Assembly: GCA_019359725.1 (NCBI GenBank)
Contig: JAHHGR010000017.1
Span: 633-64,632, forward strand
Direction: 5' to 3'
Source of the DNA: Aphanocapsa lilacina HA4352-LM1
Lineage (GTDB): Bacteria > Cyanobacteriota > Cyanobacteriia > Gloeobacterales > Gloeobacteraceae
DNA: 64,000 bases
The translations under genes and the position numbers were made by a program. This document shows, in pieces, positions 57,279 through 64,000 of the stretch (the first letter of the stretch is position 1; each line of letters opens with the position of its first letter). The notes under the pieces were generated by a model. The model saw only the letters and a program-made list of their open reading frames with translations, did not search any database and was not told the origin of the DNA.

Positions 57279-59402
57279 ATGGGTGCGCCACCAAACGAGT
57301 ATTCCTTCGACTACGACCAGATGCAGCGGGCCGCCAGCCATTGGCGCGAGCACGAAGAAAAACGCGAATACGACACCAAACTCCTCGGCGAAGGCCGTTA
57401 CGACGCAGTGGAATCGAAAGAACGGCTTGCCAAGCGGGTCAACCGCCTTTTGAACATAGTCAAACAGCGCCTCCCCGCCAAAGAAGAATCCTTGCCCGGG
57501 TTCCTCGCAGAAGCGCTGGAACACAAACATTTCGAGCCCGACGAAGTCGACAACGCCTTGGTGGAACGGGTGATCGGCGAGACGCGCGACTTTTTGTCGT
57601 TGGAGTTCGTCGAAAAAGCGTTGCGTGTGAACCGGCCTGTCGGCCGGATTGTCACACGGTTGGGCGGTGGTCGTGTGAGCTACGGAACCGGTTTTCTGGT
57701 TTCGCCGAAGCTGCTGCTGACCAACCAGCACGTCTTGAAGGCCCCCAAACGTGCCCTAGACAGCTTGGTCGAATTCGACTACCAAAGCGACGGGTACGGC
57801 CGACCGATTTCCGTAGAAAAGTTCGAACTGGATCCGGGTGTGTTTTTCCTCAACGACGAAGACCTTGACTATGCTCTGGTCGCGGTCAAACCGATTTCCA
57901 AAACAGGTCGTCCCCTATCCGATTACGGCTGGTGCCCGCTCATCAAAGAGGAAGGGAAAATCCGGCTTCACGAAGCGATCAATATCATCCAGCACCCCCG
58001 CGGGGAGATGAAGCAGATCGTCATCCGCTCCAATAAGCTGTTGGCTCTGCTGGACCTGTTCGCCCACTACGAGGCGGACACCGAACCAGGTTCTTCCGGT
58101 TCACCGGTATTCAACGACCAATGGGAAGTGATTGCCTTGCACCATATGGGCGTGCCGAAAACGAACGCTCGGGGCGAATTTCTAACCGAAGACGGCAGTG
58201 TCTGGAAAAAAGGCGACGACCCCACTTGTTTGGCCTGGGTGGCCAACGAGGGTGTGCGCGTCTCGCGCCTGGTCGACGCGATATCCAAGGCACGGGTGCA
58301 GCCGCACGAGAAGGAACTGCTGGCGGAGCTATTGGAAGCCAACGAACCGGAGCCGTCGGAGATCGGGTTTTCGGTGAAACAGAAATTCGATCGCACCGCT
58401 GCAAAGCCAAGCGTCACCCTCACCGTCCCGCTGCGCATCACGCTGAGCTTTGGGCAACCGATCGAAGATGAGGAGCCAGAAGATCAAGGCGGTCTGGAGG
58501 CGGTCGAACCCGAAGGAGACTACGACCGCCGCCCGGGATACGATCCGGACTTTTTGGGCTTCTCAGTGCCCTTGCCCAAGCTCCCCAATGCGTTGCGCTC
58601 AAAAGCCTTCGAACTGCCGGGGGCGAACGGCACAGGCAGATTCGAGCTGAAGTACCACCACTACAGCGTTCTGTTCAACCGCGAACGGCGTTTGGCGTTC
58701 GCGGCGGCGGTGAACTACGATGCCGGGGCACCCTACAAGCACAGTCGCGAAGGCAATGACAGGTGGTTCTTTGACCCCCGGGTGGACAAAAAAGAGCAGG
58801 CGGGCGAAAAATACTACAAGGACAATCCCCTAGATCGCGGTCACCTGGTGCGGCGGGCGGACGCCGCCTGGGGCGGCACCCCGAAAGAGGCAAAGCTCGC
58901 CAACGACGACACGTTCCATTTCACGAACTGCTCGCCCCAGCACGAGATCTTTAACCAATCGACCAAAGCAGACAAACAGGGCGTCAAGCTTTGGGGCAAC
59001 CTAGAGAACCATATCGCCGCTCAAGGGAGCGCCGACGGCAAAAAGCTGTCCATCTCCAACGGGCCGATATTTCGGCCCGACGATCGCGTTTATCGCGAGG
59101 ACTTTCTGCTGCCCAAGGCGTATTGGAAAGTGGTCGCCTTCGAGACCGACGGAGGCCGACCGAGGGCACTCGCCTTCGTCCTCAGCCAGGAGGGATTGCT
59201 CAAGAACCTACCCGAGGAGGAGTTTGAGGAAGGCCCTTACAAAACCTTCCAGGTCAAAATCCGGGATCTCGAAGCGATAACAAAGCTCGATTTCGGCATC
59301 CTACGCTCCCACGACCCGCTTGAGGCGGATCAAAACGAAAGTTTCTTTGTGGAGGGTACCGATGCGGTACTTCTCGAGGGCCTGGGCGATATCGTTCTGT
59401 AG
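57279..59402 (+). CDS. Fusion of a trypsin-like serine protease and a DNA/RNA non-specific (NucA/EndoG) endonuclease
   Basis: GTGFLV, LTNQHV, LDYAL, DTEPGSSGSPV; then YHHYSV, LDRGHLV, FTNCSPQ, FNQ, WGNLE, PKAYWKVV. Confidence 0.88.
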   Translation: MGAPPNEYSFDYDQMQRAASHWREHEEKREYDTKLLGEGRYDAVESKERLAKRVNRLLNIVKQRLPAKEESLPGFLAEALEHKHFEPDEVDNALVERVIGETRDFLSLEFVEKALRVNRPVGRIVTRLGGGRVSYGTGFLVSPKLLLTNQHVLKAPKRALDSLVEFDYQSDGYGRPISVEKFELDPGVFFLNDEDLDYALVAVKPISKTGRPLSDYGWCPLIKEEGKIRLHEAINIIQHPRGEMKQIVIRSNKLLALLDLFAHYEADTEPGSSGSPVFNDQWEVIALHHMGVPKTNARGEFLTEDGSVWKKGDDPTCLAWVANEGVRVSRLVDAISKARVQPHEKELLAELLEANEPEPSEIGFSVKQKFDRTAAKPSVTLTVPLRITLSFGQPIEDEEPEDQGGLEAVEPEGDYDRRPGYDPDFLGFSVPLPKLPNALRSKAFELPGANGTGRFELKYHHYSVLFNRERRLAFAAAVNYDAGAPYKHSREGNDRWFFDPRVDKKEQAGEKYYKDNPLDRGHLVRRADAAWGGTPKEAKLANDDTFHFTNCSPQHEIFNQSTKADKQGVKLWGNLENHIAAQGSADGKKLSISNGPIFRPDDRVYREDFLLPKAYWKVVAFETDGGRPRALAFVLSQEGLLKNLPEEEFEEGPYKTFQVKIRDLEAITKLDFGILRSHDPLEADQNESFFVEGTDAVLLEGLGDIVL

Positions 59403-60140
59403 TCGGTCCGCCTCCAACAACTGGATCACCTGTTTGAAAGCAGTCCTACGACATCTAAGATCGACGTGGGCGGAACCGCTCCACAGCCGAAACGCAGCTA
59501 ACCTCGATTTTTTCGCGGACGGCCCCGCGGGCGTTTGACGGAGGGGGGCCGTGCACATCGCAGGACCGTTCCTCCTTTGGACGTGTACTTTAGCTCCCCA
59601 GACTCGGTGTATCGCAAGTGCTGGTATTCCTCCGATGAATCGACGGCACGGTCGAGCCGGGCATCGGCGTCGAGCAGTGCTTCCAACGGCATCGAGGACA
59701 TCGTCGTCGCATTGGTCGGTGCCGTGTTCGAGCGCGTCGTGCATCAGTGGGCTGCTCAGGTTCTCCTGGCACTCCCATTCGGTGAGACGCACCTTTTCCG
59801 GCGGGTCGTCGACGGGAAACCGTGCCCGCTGCCGATGCGCCCTTAGCAAGCTGCGGTAATTCGCTCTCATTTTGCGGTTGCGATCAACGTGCCCAGTTCA
59901 GACCCATCGCTGGAGCACCGGTCCAGTACTGTCCTGTGTCCACAAGTTCAAAACCCTGAAAGTCGTATTCCTTAGAAGATGGCTTGAGAATTTAGGCAAT
60001 AAAAAAATATATTAATTGACTCTGGCCCGACGCTCCAGTCGCTAGATCCGGCCTGGTCTTTCCTGGGATGGATGCCATTGGTGTCCCTGGGGCGCGAGCT
60101 TGAACTGGTGTGTTCAGTCGATGGCGGGATTGCCATGGAA

Positions 60141-60704
60141 ATGCGTGAAGATATCCAAAGGGCAGTAGGTACCTTTCCCAATCGCGCCCAGGCGCTGCAG
60201 GCCCTCGAACGGCTGCGGGCGAGCGGATTTGCGATGGAACGGGTCTCGGTGCTTACCCGCCAGCACAGCGAGGGCGAGAAACTGGCCGACGCCGAGGTGA
60301 AGGACGCCCTCGGTACGCGGGCGGCGGAGGGAGGAGCCGCCGGGGCGGGGGCCGGCGGGCTGGCCGGCGGGCTGGCCGGTTTGTTGGTCGGTGTGGGAGC
60401 GCTCACCATCCCGGGGATCGGTCCGGTGGTGACGGCGGGTACAGTCGGGGCGGCCCTGGCTGCCGCGCTGGGCGGCGGGGCGGTGGGAGCGGCTGCGGGC
60501 GGGCTGGTCGGGGCGCTCGCCGGTTGGGGGGTTCCTAAAGATCGCGCCGAGGCATTTTTACCCGTAATCGAGCAGGGGGGCTATCTGGTGATCGTCGATG
60601 GGGATCGCGAGCAGATCAAGAGGGCTGACCTGGTGCTCCACAGCGGCGGCATCGAGAATTACGACGTATACGCCGCTCCCGGCGACGCGCAGAGCCGCCC
60701 GTGA
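60141..60704 (+). CDS. General stress protein (YflT/17M-like, glycine-zipper membrane protein)
   Basis: AVGTFPNRAQA, GAGAGGLAGGLAGLLVG...IPGIGPVV, GWGVPKDRA. Confidence 0.8.
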   Translation: MREDIQRAVGTFPNRAQALQALERLRASGFAMERVSVLTRQHSEGEKLADAEVKDALGTRAAEGGAAGAGAGGLAGGLAGLLVGVGALTIPGIGPVVTAGTVGAALAAALGGGAVGAAAGGLVGALAGWGVPKDRAEAFLPVIEQGGYLVIVDGDREQIKRADLVLHSGGIENYDVYAAPGDAQSRP

Positions 60705-60832
60705 ACTTCTTAGCTCGGCAAGGGGAGTTTGCCCACCTGGAAGCTACGTGGTGTATTGGCCTGTCCTTCTGTGGGTAGAGGCGCCCGCGGCGGTCGGGGT
60801 CTATTGTGCGTACAAAGACGAGGAGAGAACCC

Positions 60833-61339
60833 ATGAGTGCCAAACCGCCGGAAAATCCCGAAAAGTACACCCCGGATCTCAACAAGATTGACCTCGACCT
60901 CAGCGGCGTCGAAACCGCCCAGCCGAACGTATCCGCTGAGATCATGGCCCGCGAGGAGGCAAAAGAAGAAAAAGTGATTGCCAAGTACGCCGATACCCAG
61001 GCTCCGGATCTCGAATTTTTGCCCCTCGATTTTCTAAGCGACCAAGAGGACGAGGACGAGCGCGATTTTCGGGTCAAGTTCCGTCAGGTGGTGATCGCCG
61101 GTTACGCCGAAGGTAAAAGCCTCGATGAAATTTACACTGCCGTGGACGCTATCGAGCGCTCAAAGGCGGTAGATACCCAGAACCTGCCTCTGCACGACCT
61201 GGCAAAGCGCATCTACCAGAGCGCCGCTGAGCGCAGCAGCGAAGTCACCCGCTGCTATATCTGCGGCAAGTACAATCCCCGCTACGAAGACAGCTGCCCG
61301 ACTTTCTGCCCCTACAGCGAGAGCATCGGGCAAAGTTAA
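60833..61339 (+). CDS. Acidic hypothetical protein with a C-terminal 4-Cys motif
   Basis: AGGAG RBS; ends RCYICGKYNPRYEDSCPTFCPY. Confidence 0.75.
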   Translation: MSAKPPENPEKYTPDLNKIDLDLSGVETAQPNVSAEIMAREEAKEEKVIAKYADTQAPDLEFLPLDFLSDQEDEDERDFRVKFRQVVIAGYAEGKSLDEIYTAVDAIERSKAVDTQNLPLHDLAKRIYQSAAERSSEVTRCYICGKYNPRYEDSCPTFCPYSESIGQS

Positions 61340-61427
61340 AGTCAGTACCACCTGTCACATCCGCTCAACCGGCGCCGCACGTAGGATAAAGCGATTGCGG
61401 CGCGTGCGGGATGCGGTAGTGCTCAAG

Positions 61428-62942
61428 ATGGGAAAAATTGCCGGTGGGGGTGCGTTGTTGCTCCTGATGTTGAGTGCAACGGCCGGGGCGCAGGATGTGC
61501 TCATCACCAACGCCTTCATCTACGACGGCGGCGGTGGGGTGCCCTACGCGGGCAGCGTGCGGGTCAAAGACGGCCGGATCGCGGCGGTGGCAACAACTTT
61601 GGCCACCCGGCCGGGGGAGCGGACGCGGGATCTAGGTGGAATGGCCCTTGCCCCCGGATTCATCGATATGCACAGCCATGCCGATGCGGCCATCTTTGCG
61701 AACCCGACCGCCGATGTGGCCATCCGTCAGGGGATTGCGACGGTTTTTGTCGGCCAGGACGGCGGGTCGAATTATCCGCTCGCCGATTTTTTTGACCGTC
61801 TGGAGAAGCAGCCCGCCGCCTTGAACGTGGCGAGCATGGTCGGCCATGCCACCTTGCGCCGCGAAGCGATGCAGCCCGACGCGCTGCGCGCTTCGACAGC
61901 GGCGGAATTGGAGCGCATGCGCGTCCTTTTGGAGCGGGAAATGGCTGCGGGGGCCTTCGGGCTTTCGACCGGCCTGGAGTACCCGGATGGTTTTTCAGCC
62001 ACCACCGAGGAGGTGGTGGAACTATCCAGGGTGGCGGCACGCTCGGGGGGCTTTTATATCAGTCACATGCGCGACGAGGGCAACGCAGTCTTCGAAGCGT
62101 TGGCCGAACTTGTCGAAATCGGCGCGCGCGCAAAGTTGCCGGTGCAGGTCAGCCATATCAAGCTTGCCACCACCCCCGTCTGGCACCAGGCGCCGCTGCG
62201 GGTGCCGCCGCTGGTGGCGACGGCCCGCCTGCGGGGCGTCGATCTTAAAGCGGACGTGTACCCTTACACCTTCTGGCAATCGACGCTGCGGGTGATCGTG
62301 CCCGATCGCGATTACTTCAACGCCGCCAAAGTCGACAGGGCAATCGCCGACAACGGCGGACCGGCGCGGCTGCGCATCGTCCGCTACGAGCCGGATGCGG
62401 GCCTCGCCGGCAAGACCCTCGGCGAGATTGCCCAACTGTGGAAGGTGACACCCACCCAGGCCTTTATGCGCATCGTGCGCGAGACCGAACCGGTGGGTGA
62501 CCGGCGGCCGGAGGAGGGGGTGATTGGCACCTCGGTGAGCGAGGACGACCTGCGCTGGTTCCTTGCCGCTCCCTGGTCGATGTTCTGCACCGATGGGGAA
62601 CTTGACGGCGCCCACCCGCGCGGGGCCGGTTCCTTCGCTCGCATTCTAGGCAAATACGTGCGCGAAGAAAAAGTGTTGCCCCTAACAACGGCGATTTACA
62701 AGATGACGGGCCTGCCGGCAAGCCAGTTGAAACTTACCGACCGCGGCCGCATCGCCCCGGGCTTTCACGCGGATCTGGTGGTCTTCGACCCGGCGCGCGT
62801 CGCCGATCGAGCCACCGTCGAGGCACCGCTCGCTCCGCCGGTGGGAATCGAAGCGGTGATGGTCAACGGCGAATGGGTGGTCGAAGCGGGCAAAGTCACC
62901 GGCCGGCGGCCGGGGAGGGTGCTGCGGCGGCCGGGAAGCTAA
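61428..62942 (+). CDS. N-acyl-D-amino-acid deacylase family amidohydrolase, predicted secreted
   Basis: PGFIDMHSH, STGLEY, YISHMRDE, QVSHIK, HPRGAGSF, GFHADLVVFDP. Confidence 0.88.
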   Translation: MGKIAGGGALLLLMLSATAGAQDVLITNAFIYDGGGGVPYAGSVRVKDGRIAAVATTLATRPGERTRDLGGMALAPGFIDMHSHADAAIFANPTADVAIRQGIATVFVGQDGGSNYPLADFFDRLEKQPAALNVASMVGHATLRREAMQPDALRASTAAELERMRVLLEREMAAGAFGLSTGLEYPDGFSATTEEVVELSRVAARSGGFYISHMRDEGNAVFEALAELVEIGARAKLPVQVSHIKLATTPVWHQAPLRVPPLVATARLRGVDLKADVYPYTFWQSTLRVIVPDRDYFNAAKVDRAIADNGGPARLRIVRYEPDAGLAGKTLGEIAQLWKVTPTQAFMRIVRETEPVGDRRPEEGVIGTSVSEDDLRWFLAAPWSMFCTDGELDGAHPRGAGSFARILGKYVREEKVLPLTTAIYKMTGLPASQLKLTDRGRIAPGFHADLVVFDPARVADRATVEAPLAPPVGIEAVMVNGEWVVEAGKVTGRRPGRVLRRPGS

Positions 62943-62982
62943 AGCTCCGCTATGATGCGGGGGTGGCTTTCGGGTGTGGCGC

Positions 62983-63102
62983 GTGGACTGGTTGAGTGTG
63001 GTGATGGTGCTCTTGGCCGCCGGGATCGTGGTGGGCGGCCTGGCGATGGTCTTTTCGGGTGCCCGCGCCATGTCCGGCGAGGACAAGCCCCGCGACCGTT
63101 AG
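62983..63102 (+). CDS. 39-aa single-TM small protein absent from the ORF track
   Basis: GTG start; MDWLSVVMVLLAAGIVVGGLAMVFSGARAMSGEDKPRDR*; 4-nt overlap with the glgB stop. Confidence 0.55.
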   Translation: MDWLSVVMVLLAAGIVVGGLAMVFSGARAMSGEDKPRDR

Positions 63103-64000
63103 CTGCCCTGTTCCTGGCGCCGCTTGAAGACCAGGCAGCCCAGAGGAGGCAGTTGCAGGCCCAGCAAGTGAGGCTGGCCGTGGATGGCCCAGTGCTCGCT
63201 CCACAGGCCGCCGAGGTTGCCTTTGTTGCTGCCCCCGTAGAGACCGGAGTCGCTGTTGAATATTTCCTGCCAGAAACCGGCCTCCGGCACGCCCACCCGG
63301 TAGTGGGGATGGTAAGTGGGGGTGAAGTTGCAGACGAACAGCAGTTGTTCGGTCGGGTCTTTGCCGCGGCGCACGAAGGTGAAGACGCTGTTGAGCACGT
63401 CATGGCAGTCGACCCAGAAAAATCCCGCCGGGTTGCAATCTTCTTCGTACAGTGCGGGTTCACTGCCGTAAAGCTGGTTGAGGTCGCGGAAGAACTGCTG
63501 GGTCTGGCGGTGCTGGGGGTGATCGAGCAGGTGCCAATCGAGGGATTGGTGAGCGTTCCACTCGCGGCCGTGGGCAAACTCCATGCCCATAAACAGCGTC
63601 TTCTTGCCCGGATGCCCGTACATAAAGGTGAAGAGCGCCCGCAAATTGGCGAATTTTTGCCAGCCGTCCCCGGGCATCTTGCCGATGATCGAGCCTTTCA
63701 TGTGCACGACTTCGTCGTGGGAAAGGGCCAGCACAAAGTTCTCGTAGAACGTGTAAGTGATCGAGAAGGTGATGTCGTTGTGCCGGTAGCGGCGAAAGAG
63801 CGGATCGGTCCGGAAGTAGGCGAGGGTATCGTGCATCCAGCCCATGTGCCACTTGAGGTTGAAGCCCAGGCCCCCAAGATAGGGGGGTCGCGTGACCAGG
63901 GGCCAGGCGGTCGACTCCTCGGCGATCGAGAGTGCCCCGGGGTAGTAAAGAAAAATCAGTTCATTGAGCTGGCGCAAAAAGCCGATCGCTTCGAGGTTCT
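63099..64000 (-). CDS. glgB: 1,4-alpha-glucan branching enzyme, 3' part (5' end outside the window)
   Basis: IAEESTAWP, KWHMGWMHD, LSHDEVVHMKG, HPGKKTLFMG, VCNFTP, LPPLG. Confidence 0.96.
   Translation of the reverse strand, partial: NLEAIGFLRQLNELIFLYYPGALSIAEESTAWPLVTRPPYLGGLGFNLKWHMGWMHDTLAYFRTDPLFRRYRHNDITFSITYTFYENFVLALSHDEVVHMKGSIIGKMPGDGWQKFANLRALFTFMYGHPGKKTLFMGMEFAHGREWNAHQSLDWHLLDHPQHRQTQQFFRDLNQLYGSEPALYEEDCNPAGFFWVDCHDVLNSVFTFVRRGKDPTEQLLFVCNFTPTYHPHYRVGVPEAGFWQEIFNSDSGLYGGSNKGNLGGLWSEHWAIHGQPHLLGLQLPPLGCLVFKRRQEQGS

Noticed and set aside
45860-64000. tRNA-anchored genomic island with an attR repeat
   Set aside because: No integrase is present. The only tRNA 3' end match I noticed is 9 bp (GCTAGCAGC near 51586), which is expected by chance.

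Overview
GC-rich cyanobacterial chromosome segment, most consistent with Gloeobacter (inference from gene content, GC level and sparse HIP1 octamers; not confirmed by a search). It is mostly core genes: ndhH, ndhC-K-J, mfd, rpmB, sps-spp, cobU, clpS, csaB, kefG-kefC, rbcR/ycf30, birA-rlmH-nusB, an HtrA protease, a group 2 sigma factor, a GH57 hydrolase, purQ, hisD-hisC, suhB, tRNA-Tyr and tRNA-Thr, phoD, an MnmC-type methylase, an S41 peptidase, a D-aminoacylase and the 3' part of glgB. I found no IS element, integrase, CRISPR array or rRNA. Best leads: (1) a single-chain trypsin-like protease / NucA-EndoG-type nuclease fusion with both active sites intact; (2) a translationally coupled ECF43-like sigma factor and membrane Ser/Thr kinase with a candidate phospho-Thr; (3) a MidA/NDUFAF7 methyltransferase directly upstream of ndhH, whose target-Arg motif is conserved; (4) an orphan RecA-fold protein with degenerate Walker A/B motifs (ImuA/SulA-like) and a perfect upstream palindrome; (5) an output-less CxxCH DUF3365-HAMP sensor between a Ser/Thr kinase and an orphan response regulator. 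All family assignments come from motif recognition by eye; no database searches were run.
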